From a virus (Duplodnaviria; Caudoviricetes), in the IMG/VR virus record IMGVR_UViG_3300031999_000006, positions 1 through 64,000 of that record: DNA of 64,000 nucleotides; one strand, written 5' to 3'. This document shows, piece by piece, positions 19,522-27,986 of this stretch (the first letter of the stretch is position 1; each line of letters opens with the position of its first letter). Below the pieces are notes generated by a model, which was not told the origin of the DNA, did no database searches, and saw only the letters and a list, made by a program, of their open reading frames with translations. The translations under genes and the position numbers were made by a program.

Positions 19522-20123
19522 TATTTGCCTCCCGCCGGTTCCTCAATAGGAACGTAATTGATAACTTGCCGAACCTTCTTGGGCTCACCATCGAACACGA
19601 TCTCGCCATCAGAATCAATCACGTACTTGACCTGGTGGTAAATGTTAGGAGGATCCTGACTAACCGCAACCATGTGGGTGGCCGCATCATACTTCTCCCT
19701 CTTACGGAGGAGGACAGCATTCTCCGACCAGTCATCCAACCAGAAGTCAGGAAACTTTGTCTGAACCACACGATACAGACGATCACGAAGGGACTGGAAC
19801 GCCTGTTCCGAAAGCGTCTTTAGTTCCTGGTAACGAGTGAAGAGACCAGACAGTGCCTCTTCCGTTGCCGCTTCAAAGGATCCTTTGACTTCGTTGTCTT
19901 TGATCCATGCCTTCGCCTCATCTTCTGTAAACGACTTGATCGGAAAGCGAAGAGCCTGAGGGACAAAGGTACCTTTGTCTTCACCCTTCAAGTGCCCCCA
20001 GATAATACTGATCGTCTTGGGCACAACGACCTTGTTAAAAAGCTTACCGCCTGCGGTTGTTCGAAACTCATCGAACTTGCCCGGATCCTGAAGGCGGAGG
20101 GAATGTTGGTTAGGGTAGGGCAT
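19521..20123 (-). CDS. Hypothetical protein, probably head-associated
   Basis: PYPNQHSLRL...QALRF...A.AW pattern; TAATG-coupled to protease. Confidence 0.5.
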   Translation of the reverse strand: MPYPNQHSLRLQDPGKFDEFRTTAGGKLFNKVVVPKTISIIWGHLKGEDKGTFVPQALRFPIKSFTEDEAKAWIKDNEVKGSFEAATEEALSGLFTRYQELKTLSEQAFQSLRDRLYRVVQTKFPDFWLDDWSENAVLLRKREKYDAATHMVAVSQDPPNIYHQVKYVIDSDGEIVFDGEPKKVRQVINYVPIEEPAGGK

Positions 20124-20392
20124 TACTTTTCTCCTTCTTTAATTTCGACACAACCAGACTTGATCTTTTCAAGAATGGCGGCAGATTCCAATTTGTTGTT
20201 AGCGGCCCTCTTCACGAGGAAGCCAGCAAACGCACCAGTGAGAGCACCGATGGCTACCGGATAAAGGCGCTCAATAGCGGGGGAGTAAGCGGCTTCAATT
20301 GTTAAGAGATGGAAATTTACCAGATAGAGGATTAGCGCGGCGCCGGAGTTTATCGAAACTTTGAAACCAACGTTAAGATTATGCCACTTCAC
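20123..20392 (-). CDS. Two-TM membrane protein (holin candidate)
   Basis: Two hydrophobic segments and a charged C-terminus. Confidence 0.45.
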   Translation of the reverse strand: MKWHNLNVGFKVSINSGAALILYLVNFHLLTIEAAYSPAIERLYPVAIGALTGAFAGFLVKRAANNKLESAAILEKIKSGCVEIKEGEK

Positions 20393-20483
20393 TACCTACG
20401 ACCTGGCTACAGGCATACTCGTTGCCTTTGCCGGGCTCATATATACTGTACTGATTGACTGAGTTGATCATGTTTTCAACCTG

Positions 20484-20639
20484 TCACTTTATCTTCTGGT
20501 TGATCTCTTCCAACTCGTGGAGGATCATACACAACATGGTAACAATGGCCCAGAGGCCACACTCAACTAGCTTGTCTTGCACAAGGAACAGAATCGTTCC
20601 CACTGCTGAAAGTGCACCAAGGATCTTTGTAGTTTTCAT
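20484..20639 (-). CDS. Small two-TM membrane protein (51 aa)
   Basis: Not in ORF track. MKTTKILGALSAVGTILFLV...GLWAIVTMLCMIL; ATGA overlap. Confidence 0.6.
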   Translation of the reverse strand: MKTTKILGALSAVGTILFLVQDKLVECGLWAIVTMLCMILHELEEINQKIK

Positions 20640-21382
20640 TTCTTCACCAAACTAAACACGACCACTGTCACGAGAGTTCCTACTCCCAAACCAATGCCCG
20701 TGTTCTTCAGGAAGGACAACCTCAACTTCTTATTCAGATCCTTGATCGTGACCTTCGCCTCAACGAGGGTCTTGACTGCTTCATCTCGTCCAGCAATAGC
20801 GATCTTGGTTTGCCCTTCCGAAAGGGAAAGGTCAGTTTCCAATGACTTGATGGTGGAGTCCTTAGTGGTGATCTGCTCCAGACGATTGATGGCGAGTGAG
20901 AAGTACGTATCCCGATCCTTAAAGATTTCTAACGTCTTCTCTCCGCCCGGGCGGGTCAAGGAGAAATGCCACTGCCCACTGATGAATGCCTGAACTTCTG
21001 ACTGACCAATCCACTTGCCCATCTGCTCGGCAACCTGAATGTCAGACATTAACTTAATCTGCTTTTTGTATTCAGTGTTCTCAATGATCAGTCCCTGATT
21101 CGACCGCTCAAGAATCTGATTCTTTGCGGCGTACTCAAGGCGCTGTGCCTTCTCCGAATCTCTCTCAGTCTGGAGACTAGCAATCTGAATGTCATCCTTT
21201 ACCACACGACTGACCAGATCATTGATCTTGGCAATCAGATCATTGACTTGCTTCTGAAGTCCCGAATTGGCATGGCCGGTGCCTACGTAATAGGCTACCC
21301 CACCCACTACCAAAAAGAGAACCACCGCTAGTACGATGAGAAGCTTTTCCATCGACGACGCCTTCGTTATTTGAATAGTCAT
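20636..21382 (-). CDS. Coiled-coil protein with N- and C-terminal TM helices (spanin-like candidate)
   Basis: LLIVLAVVLFLVVGGVAYYV; long coiled coil; GIGLGVGTLVTVVVFSLV. Confidence 0.5.
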   Translation of the reverse strand: MTIQITKASSMEKLLIVLAVVLFLVVGGVAYYVGTGHANSGLQKQVNDLIAKINDLVSRVVKDDIQIASLQTERDSEKAQRLEYAAKNQILERSNQGLIIENTEYKKQIKLMSDIQVAEQMGKWIGQSEVQAFISGQWHFSLTRPGGEKTLEIFKDRDTYFSLAINRLEQITTKDSTIKSLETDLSLSEGQTKIAIAGRDEAVKTLVEAKVTIKDLNKKLRLSFLKNTGIGLGVGTLVTVVVFSLVKK

Positions 21383-21669
21383 ACCTGCCTCCCCTTCTTC
21401 GTCCAGGGGCCAACCCCACCAACAATCACTCCCCTTTTCTCCTTCCGTTTTTTGGCGGCTTCCGTTTCATAGCCGGTCACGAAAAGTTTGAGGAGACTAG
21501 AACTTCCATTAGCGATGGCCCTGACCACCAGGTGGGGATAGTACAGGATCCGTTCCAAGACATGGAAGACAACTCGGATGACTACCAAGAAGATAATGAA
21601 GAACCCGCCGACAACAAGGATAAACAAACCCAAACCGATGTTGCCGAGTAACTTAAAGAATTTCTTCAC
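21379..21669 (-). CDS. Membrane protein
   Basis: Long N-terminal hydrophobic segment, basic tail. Confidence 0.55.
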   Translation of the reverse strand: MKKFFKLLGNIGLGLFILVVGGFFIIFLVVIRVVFHVLERILYYPHLVVRAIANGSSSLLKLFVTGYETEAAKKRKEKRGVIVGGVGPWTKKGRQV

Positions 21670-22185
21670 CTACGGCCTCCTTGCTAAAACCGATACTGGT
21701 GTGTACAGTGCATAGTACCGCACCTCCACCAATCCTCGTTCAATGAAACCCAAACGTTTTGCTAATCCTTCAGTCAAGTCAATTGATCGTCCGTCAATAT
21801 AGGGACCACGATCATTGACGACAGCCGGGACCATGCGTCCGTTCATGGTGTTTTCGATGATCAAGACGGTCCCGAATGGTAAGGTACGATGGGCAACGGT
21901 AAAGCCATCCTTTCGGAAGATCTCTCCGTTAGCGGTGCGGTTTCCAGCCCGCTCTTCCCAGTCACCATACCACGATGCCACACCGACCATAGGAACGGGG
22001 AACGACTGCTCTAACGTCTCAACGCGCTGTTGAAGTTCCTCAAGAGTGGCCTTGATCGTACCGAGCCTGTCCTTGTTCTCGCTAACATCTTGACTGATCT
22101 GCCTCATGGCTGAGTTCCCGAGGAACATGCCTAAGGACAGGATCAAGAGGAAAGCGACCGCAAAGAAAAGTCCAGTTCTCTTCAT
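21670..22185 (-). CDS. rlpA: RlpA-like lytic transglycosylase (DPBB domain) with N-terminal signal/TM
   Basis: GVASWYG, TANGE, AHRTLPFGT, NDRGPY, IDL. Confidence 0.9.
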   Translation of the reverse strand: MKRTGLFFAVAFLLILSLGMFLGNSAMRQISQDVSENKDRLGTIKATLEELQQRVETLEQSFPVPMVGVASWYGDWEERAGNRTANGEIFRKDGFTVAHRTLPFGTVLIIENTMNGRMVPAVVNDRGPYIDGRSIDLTEGLAKRLGFIERGLVEVRYYALYTPVSVLARRP

Positions 22186-22233
22186 TGGTCACCTCACTAA
22201 GATTAGGGAGTCGAGTTTCTCGCCCATGCTGAT

Positions 22234-22263
22234 ATTATATAGCATAAGAAATCTAAGTGTCAA
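22234..22263 (-). promoter_or_regulatory. Sigma70-type promoter upstream of rlpA operon
   Basis: TTGACA-N18-TATAAT. Confidence 0.75.
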
Positions 22264-22277
22264 GCATTACTTTACAC

Positions 22278-22655
22278 TTACTGTTCTGGCCCATATAATG
22301 GGCATTCATAGACAGGAGTAACAAGACCGAAGGCCTGATCAACGGCGAAGAGAACATTTGCGATGTGACAGTTCTTCTCCCGTTCCTCTGGCTTGAACCT
22401 TGCACAGTTCCTAAAGCATAGGCAGTGGTCTCTATGCTTTCCTGCTAGTTCCTCATCAGCCTTGACTAGGACTCCGTGATGCCGATACTCAATGATCTTT
22501 CCTGGCATTTTTCTTTCCTTTCTTTTTAATGGACCCATGATCATCTTATCCATCGCCTCACTCATGGCCTTCATATAAGCAGGCGCCTGCAGGCTCATAA
22601 GGTAGCACGCTACACAATTGCACTGCTTCACAAATATAATCTTCATGGATTCCAC
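22278..22655 (-). CDS. Cys-rich hypothetical protein (start uncertain, may be MPGKII at 22508)
   Basis: HCLC...C...C...ECP. Confidence 0.5.
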   Translation of the reverse strand: MESMKIIFVKQCNCVACYLMSLQAPAYMKAMSEAMDKMIMGPLKRKERKMPGKIIEYRHHGVLVKADEELAGKHRDHCLCFRNCARFKPEEREKNCHIANVLFAVDQAFGLVTPVYECPLYGPEQ

Positions 22656-22658
22656 CTT

Positions 22659-23657
22659 TTACTTTAACGGTGTATCTATCAGTACACACGATGCTTCCTT
22701 AAAGGCACTTTCCTGCAGATAGACCTTGAATAACTTGGCCGCACGAGCACCGATCGCTTTCCGTGCTTCCTTCGTGTCCATGATCTCTTCACCGGCCTCA
22801 CGCACGACGTCACCGATCATGGTTTTGATCACTATACCAGTGTGCTCAATCGAAAAGGGAGTATCCGCCAACGCGCCATAACTTGTGATCGCATCCATCA
22901 CATGCTGTAGTCGCTGATCGGTGACCCACTCTGTAGCGATTGCCTGAGCATCTTCAAGTGCCTGCCGTTTGGTGGGATCGACTTCCCTCTTTGTCATAGT
23001 TTCGGTGAACTCAGGGCGCTTGTGTTTTGCGATCACCCGTTCACCACTATTCTTCTTGACTTCAAATAGGGGGCGAAGGACAATGCCTTCTCGAATGTGC
23101 CCAGGACCCATGCCATTCCTGATTGCTTGCACTGAGTCGGCATCCCGTACCGAATCAATTGCTGACATCACCGCTGGAATCTTATTGTAAAAGACAAACT
23201 CCAGACCCAACTTCCTCACCACTTCCTCAGCATCAGGTACCTTCAACCAGGAGTGCCCGATCTTGACTTCAAAGGCAACGAAGCGAAGTTCCTTTCCATA
23301 GGTCTTGCTCATACCTTGACACTTGCCTCCGTAGGCCTCACCATAGACATAGATCTCCACGTCTCCCTGAGGGGGACCAGGCAAGATCTCTTTGAACTTT
23401 GCCAACAGGGCTTCTTGATCAAAGAGGGCAACGAACGTCTCGTGTTTCTCGCCTCCGGAGAAGAAAGTCACTTTCTCCGTAACGAGAGGCACGGGATAGT
23501 CACTCAGATGCTCCTCACCCACGCAGGATGGGATCTTAATCTCCCGAGTAAACCGAACGTGCGCTGAGGTACCATGAATCTTCTCCATGGCATAGCATTC
23601 CTTGAAGTCAAGGATGTCTTGGTTTTTGTAAAGATTGTCAATGTGCATGTAACTCAT
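22659..23657 (-). CDS. RNA ligase, Rnl2 family
   Basis: Nucleotidyltransferase motifs EKIHGT, YGE, FE, EGIVLR, KHK; start MSYMHI. Confidence 0.85.
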   Translation of the reverse strand: MSYMHIDNLYKNQDILDFKECYAMEKIHGTSAHVRFTREIKIPSCVGEEHLSDYPVPLVTEKVTFFSGGEKHETFVALFDQEALLAKFKEILPGPPQGDVEIYVYGEAYGGKCQGMSKTYGKELRFVAFEVKIGHSWLKVPDAEEVVRKLGLEFVFYNKIPAVMSAIDSVRDADSVQAIRNGMGPGHIREGIVLRPLFEVKKNSGERVIAKHKRPEFTETMTKREVDPTKRQALEDAQAIATEWVTDQRLQHVMDAITSYGALADTPFSIEHTGIVIKTMIGDVVREAGEEIMDTKEARKAIGARAAKLFKVYLQESAFKEASCVLIDTPLK

Positions 23658-23848
23658 GGTTTCTCCTTCAGTACTATATGCATTCCTAATTTGACGAATC
23701 CTGCATAGACGCAAATCCTTGGAGCATAGAGGCATGACCAGTAGTGGAAAGATAGACCAAAGCCCCAACGATATGGATGAACGTCAACTGTTCCGACGAA
23801 TCTCCAGAAACTGAATGAATACTGGAGGGCCTTGGGCTTGATGATCAT
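23654..23848 (-). CDS. Hypothetical protein
   Basis: Overlap-coupled small ORF. Confidence 0.4.
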   Translation of the reverse strand: MIIKPKALQYSFSFWRFVGTVDVHPYRWGFGLSFHYWSCLYAPRICVYAGFVKLGMHIVLKEKP

Positions 23849-24147
23849 GACTTCCGTTTCAATGCCCTAAGGTTGCGCTGTAGTGCCTCGCCCCTCAAGC
23901 AGAGAGGGGTTCGATGCCACATCTTGTATATTGATTGACGAAGGGCTCGCTTCTTACCAGAGAGAAAACAGGCGGCCTCCTCCCATCCGTAGTTCGGATT
24001 GCGACGATCCCGCTTATGGTACAGTCGGAAGGACGGACACTTGTCACTACAACAAGTGTGCTCGAGGCCGTCACGAAGGATGGCTCGGTGGATGACTATC
24101 CGTCTATTCACCACTGTCCATAGGTAACGCGGTGTGCCCATGATCAT
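23845..24147 (-). CDS. Hypothetical Cys-containing protein
   Basis: Start MIMGTP with ATGA overlap; C...CP...C...C. Confidence 0.45.
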   Translation of the reverse strand: MIMGTPRYLWTVVNRRIVIHRAILRDGLEHTCCSDKCPSFRLYHKRDRRNPNYGWEEAACFLSGKKRALRQSIYKMWHRTPLCLRGEALQRNLRALKRKS

Positions 24148-24251
24148 CGCTCGAAGTAAGGGCCAACTCGCTTCCCGGTGAGGATCTTCCACAAGGCGGC
24201 GAGGAGACCGAAGATGCCGAGGCCCAGGAGAACCTTATTTCGTTTGGTCAT
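24144..24251 (-). CDS. Small membrane peptide (35 aa)
   Basis: Not in ORF track. MTKRNKVLLGLGIFGLLAALWKIL... Confidence 0.5.
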   Translation of the reverse strand: MTKRNKVLLGLGIFGLLAALWKILTGKRVGPYFER

Positions 24252-24253
24252 GA

Positions 24254-24478
24254 TCAGCACTTGTGCCGGTTCAGACTGCCTGGCTTGTGATAGGCCCTGG
24301 TGTCCAGATGGTTGGCTTCGACCGCGTGCCGGTACCCCGCCTGCCTATGCTCCAGACGATTCTCCACCATCGAAGGACCTTTGTGCCGTGGGCGGGCCCG
24401 CTGGGCAACGAGAGGCTTAGAAGCCTCTTCCTTGACGTCTCCCGGCATCAATTCTTCACTCTGCTCATTGCTCATCAT
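24254..24478 (-). CDS. Hypothetical protein
   Basis: GAGGAG RBS; 74 aa. Confidence 0.5.
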   Translation of the reverse strand: MMSNEQSEELMPGDVKEEASKPLVAQRARPRHKGPSMVENRLEHRQAGYRHAVEANHLDTRAYHKPGSLNRHKC

Positions 24479-24641
24479 ATCTCCTCTCAGTTATGACTTC
24501 TTGCGCTTCCTTGCGCCAACTCTTATCTCGGCGAGCATAGTTGCGCTTCTTCTCTCGGTAGGCACGAGTGTCGGGAGGTAACTCCCGCCCGTGTCCTTTG
24601 ACCAGTTCCATCCGAGTGATGCGAAAACTGTCCTGACACAT
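24465..24641 (-). CDS. Small basic hypothetical protein (58 aa)
   Basis: Not in ORF track. GAGGAG RBS, MCQDSFRITR...; first gene after promoter. Confidence 0.55.
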   Translation of the reverse strand: MCQDSFRITRMELVKGHGRELPPDTRAYREKKRNYARRDKSWRKEAQEVITERRYDEQ

Positions 24642-24658
24642 CCTGTCTCCTCATCATT

Positions 24659-24687
24659 ATTATATGAGATTCTTTCTACGAGTTCAA
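24659..24687 (-). promoter_or_regulatory. Sigma70-type promoter
   Basis: TTGAAC-N17-TATAAT. Confidence 0.65.
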
Positions 24688-25109
24688 GTAGTTTCTTTCT
24701 CTACCAAACTCTTCCATATCCTAGTCTCCTCACATGGCGCCACAGTATGGGAGAATAGGAGAGCATCGAGTTCAATCTTGCTCTCGAAAAACTTGACGAT
24801 CGCCTTATCATAAGGCAGGGTGGGATCCCAGGTAGCACCTTTGCCCCTGGCCATATTGAACCACTGCCAGTGGTGGCGCCATTCATGGGCGAGTGTGCTT
24901 GCGAAGCCGCCAGGGCACCAGTCCGTTATCTCCGAGGCTATGATCAGCCCATTGCTCAAAGGAGTGAAGTGCCCTCGAAACTCTATCTCTCCCTCCTGGG
25001 GATGATAGTAGCACCCAGGAAACTTTCTCCATGCGTACTGAGGCACGATGAGCAATGCTGGGAGTATCAGATCCTTTGCCTTGCGATGAAGCCAGTTGAG
25101 TTCGTTCAT
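24684..25109 (-). CDS. Zinc metallopeptidase-like protein (HExxH)
   Basis: TLAHEWRHHWQ and downstream ELDA. Confidence 0.65.
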   Translation of the reverse strand: MNELNWLHRKAKDLILPALLIVPQYAWRKFPGCYYHPQEGEIEFRGHFTPLSNGLIIASEITDWCPGGFASTLAHEWRHHWQWFNMARGKGATWDPTLPYDKAIVKFFESKIELDALLFSHTVAPCEETRIWKSLVEKETT

Positions 25110-25153
25110 TATAAACCTCTAAACTTATAACCGCCTATTATAAGCCTGGAGCA

Positions 25154-25435
25154 TTATAAGGGACCTGACGGATTCGAACCGCCCTCTCCTGCGTCACAGG
25201 CAGGTGTCCTGCCACTAGACGACGGCCCCAGAGTGAAGTCACTAGCTCCTGTCCAAAACCCTCTAGTCGCATGGCACTCCTTTATATCTTCGCAAATCTC
25301 CTTTGCGAGTTCGTCACATGCTTTACATATGGTAGGACAGACAGGCACGCCTTTCTTGATCAAGAGGTCGCACCGATGGCGCCACTTGTTGACCATAGTG
25401 ATCTTCTGATCAACCGGGAACTTTTGCTTTCTCAT
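25154..25435 (-). CDS. Hypothetical protein (CxxxCxxC); frame runs through the tRNA
   Basis: AAGGAGG RBS before MRKQK; 3' end overlaps the tRNA. Confidence 0.4.
   Translation of the reverse strand: MRKQKFPVDQKITMVNKWRHRCDLLIKKGVPVCPTICKACDELAKEICEDIKECHATRGFWTGASDFTLGPSSSGRTPACDAGEGGSNPSGPL
25159..25229 (-). tRNA. tRNA with GTG (His) anticodon, atypical; no encoded CCA
   Basis: Cloverleaf: GGGGCCG/AGGTCCC acceptor (one mismatch), GTCT/GGAC D-stem, CCTGC-CTGTGAC-GCAGG, GGCGG-TTCGAAT-CCGTC. Confidence 0.85.
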
Positions 25436-25751
25436 GCTTCCTCCTTTCACTATTCAGTTCAACTCGTGCCCGCCCACGATCATAACTGCCCAATTGGTCA
25501 GCCTTTGCCAACGAACCAAACTTTCCTGTGCCAACGTGCCTTACTGTGACATGATAACACCACGGCCATTCTGGCTCCAAGTTATCTATCTCATTGTTCA
25601 ATTTCTCAAGTAACTTCACGAACCTCCTTTGCCACTCGATCGGCATACTTTGAAGTGCCGTTCGTGATAGTACAAGGAATTGTGAATAGGTCAGTCCAAA
25701 GTATTCGTGGATTGGTTCGTCATCCATAACGATTGGTTTTTTGTTAGGCAT
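25410..25751 (-). CDS. Hypothetical protein
   Basis: FGLTYSQFLVLSRTALQSMP.EWQ..F, a pattern I associate with small phage proteins. Confidence 0.55.
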   Translation of the reverse strand: MPNKKPIVMDDEPIHEYFGLTYSQFLVLSRTALQSMPIEWQRRFVKLLEKLNNEIDNLEPEWPWCYHVTVRHVGTGKFGSLAKADQLGSYDRGRARVELNSERRKHEKAKVPG

Positions 25752-26049
25752 CTTTCGTCTCCTTTGTCTTGGCCTTTTCTGGTAACTTCAACCAAGGGGC
25801 CATACGACGCAGGAACTTCTTCGGATTGTTTCGACGCTCCTCGACCTTTCGTTCCTTTGCCTTTAGTGCTCTCAACTTTTTCTTTTCCACTCGGACCTTT
25901 TCCCGCAGTTCCTTGGCATTGGTACGTTCCTTTCGTTTGGACTCTCGAATGTTACGGAGTAACAATGCCTCCTCCGGATGTTCCTGGTTCCACTTTCTCC
26001 GCTCTTTCTGGAACTTCCGACTCCATTTTTGTTGACTCGTTGTTCTCAT
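25744..26049 (-). CDS. Highly basic hypothetical protein
   Basis: GGAGGT RBS; K/R/E-rich helix. Confidence 0.5.
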   Translation of the reverse strand: MRTTSQQKWSRKFQKERRKWNQEHPEEALLLRNIRESKRKERTNAKELREKVRVEKKKLRALKAKERKVEERRNNPKKFLRRMAPWLKLPEKAKTKETKDA

Positions 26050-26377
26050 GTTTACCTCCGAAGATTTCCCAATGGATAACTCCGTACCGTTTCATCATGT
26101 CAATACAATGCTCACAAAAGTGGTCATGTCCAAAAAGGATCAGTTCCCCACCTCGTGCCTGATCGTCTGCCTTGATCAAGACATCAACTTCGGCATGGCA
26201 CCTCTGACGACACTCAGTTCGGCAAAGTTCATATCCAACACCAGTGGGCAGATTGCCTCGTGGACAACAATCATGCTCCTTTTCACACCAGTTAGTGCCA
26301 TACCAGATCTTCTCACCCTTGATCAACAAAGCGACAACTCGTTGCTTGGCGCAACGATCAAAGGTGACTCCACGCAT
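25952..26377 (-). CDS. dCMP deaminase family protein
   Basis: C....V.A, HAE and CEHC zinc ligands. Confidence 0.8.
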   Translation of the reverse strand: MRGVTFDRCAKQRVVALLIKGEKIWYGTNWCEKEHDCCPRGNLPTGVGYELCRTECRQRCHAEVDVLIKADDQARGGELILFGHDHFCEHCIDMMKRYGVIHWEIFGGKHENNESTKMESEVPERAEKVEPGTSGGGIVTP

Positions 26378-26616
26378 TAGGATCTCCGTCTACGCTCATT
26401 AAGTGGACGGGTTTCCTGCTCTCCGGCAGTTGGGATAACTTCCACTTTGTCGATCTGGGTCACTGTCTTGTAAACCAACTTGCCATCGACCGGGATCCGA
26501 ATGCCTCGACCTGTCGTCATGGAGTGGGCGTATGTCTTCGCCTTCTCAAGTTCGATGTCATCCTGATACTCATAGTCGGGGGTACCGTCGTTAAACTTTA
26601 CGATGATCTTCGCCAT
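26377..26616 (-). CDS. Hypothetical protein
   Basis: AGGAG RBS; 79 aa. Confidence 0.55.
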   Translation of the reverse strand: MAKIIVKFNDGTPDYEYQDDIELEKAKTYAHSMTTGRGIRIPVDGKLVYKTVTQIDKVEVIPTAGEQETRPLNERRRRS

Positions 26617-26629
26617 GTTTGACTCCTTT

Positions 26630-27823
26630 CTAAAAGTCGTTCTCTAAGGGGATATAAAATGGAACCCACTCGAACTTCATGTCCGCCAGGGTCTGTCTGC
26701 GTGTCTTGTCATTGATGGTGACCTCCATGATCAAGCCACCAATCTCAGGAAACAAACCATACTGCCGCTCATGCGGGGTCTGGGCTTGGAAGCATCCCAT
26801 CATAAAGGCGGTGACGTTTCGGTACTCGAACAAAGCGCACGTGGAGTGGTAGTGTCCGAGGAAGAACAGATCCGGCTTGATCTCAGGCGCCATCTGTTCA
26901 ATAAACTTCTGCATCTTGTACGAGCGGGCATAGGCGCCTCCGCCTTTCCCGTGCTGGAGGTAAACTCTCAGGAAGTCCGTCTTGGGGAACGCTCCGAACG
27001 CGCCTATGTACTCCATGTCATCTCGCTTAGCACAGATGTTCTCCACAATATCGCAACCGGCTGTCTTCATGAACGAGTAGTCATGATTGCCAGCGATCAC
27101 CAGCGTCTTGCCTCCGTTGTCCATGTGCGGATACTTGGCCACGCAGTAGTCTGTCTGTGCTTTCTCTCCATGCAGGAACAACTCGTACTCATGGCCCTTG
27201 TATACATCGACTCCGTCGACCAGATCGCCGCAGTGGAACACGACCTTGATGTCTCGATCCTGAATGAATTGGTAAAAGGATCGGAGGTGGGTCAACTGCT
27301 GATACTTTGATCCTATCTGAGTGCAGGAGATAACTGCGAACTGCATCTTATCTCCCTCAAACAGCCGACTTACATCAATGTCGAGATCCTTCTTGTCGGG
27401 GGAAAGTTTCTCGACTTTGTATCCTCTCTCGCAGAGTCGACGTCTCAACTCCGCCTCATCCTTTTCGGACATCTCCGGTTCCTCTTCCTCAGGGTTACCG
27501 GGTTCCAGCAAGGAGCCCTCAGACCGGAGGCGTGCCATCTCTTCCTCCTCAATCGGAGAACCTAGCACCGACACCATCTTGATCTTTGCCTTCTCCTTCG
27601 CCTCGTTGGCGATCATATCTCGACGCTTGATCGACTCACCTCTCAGATCCTCAAGATTGATATTGTGAGAAAGTAATACTGCCTTGACACCATGGTAGGT
27701 TCGACGTACCGTCGGATTCATTTTGTTTAACTCGTCAACGATCACACGAACCGGCTGACGATCATCAACCGCCCTCCTGAGTACGTACGTGAACTCAGCT
27801 TCAGACCATCTTGTTCCTGACAT
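26630..27823 (-). CDS. Calcineurin-like metallophosphoesterase with N-terminal HTH-like region
   Basis: GDLVDG, GNHD, QHG, GHYH; motif I reads SCTQ instead of SDxH. Confidence 0.8.
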   Translation of the reverse strand: MSGTRWSEAEFTYVLRRAVDDRQPVRVIVDELNKMNPTVRRTYHGVKAVLLSHNINLEDLRGESIKRRDMIANEAKEKAKIKMVSVLGSPIEEEEMARLRSEGSLLEPGNPEEEEPEMSEKDEAELRRRLCERGYKVEKLSPDKKDLDIDVSRLFEGDKMQFAVISCTQIGSKYQQLTHLRSFYQFIQDRDIKVVFHCGDLVDGVDVYKGHEYELFLHGEKAQTDYCVAKYPHMDNGGKTLVIAGNHDYSFMKTAGCDIVENICAKRDDMEYIGAFGAFPKTDFLRVYLQHGKGGGAYARSYKMQKFIEQMAPEIKPDLFFLGHYHSTCALFEYRNVTAFMMGCFQAQTPHERQYGLFPEIGGLIMEVTINDKTRRQTLADMKFEWVPFYIPLENDF

Positions 27824-27986
27824 TCTGTTGTTCCTCCTTGTAGAGTGCGACCAATCGCTCTAATTCACGACGGCCAATAGGATGATATTGTTTCACGATG
27901 AAGCACCATGACGCGCCGATCTCCTCATAGTAGAGGATGCCTTCAGCGATCTTGCGCTCCTTCTCGGTGAGACTCATACCGATCAA
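27801..27986 (-). CDS. Small hypothetical protein
   Basis: Overlap-coupled ORF, 61 aa. Confidence 0.45.
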   Translation of the reverse strand: MIGMSLTEKERKIAEGILYYEEIGASWCFIVKQYHPIGRRELERLVALYKEEQQNVRNKMV

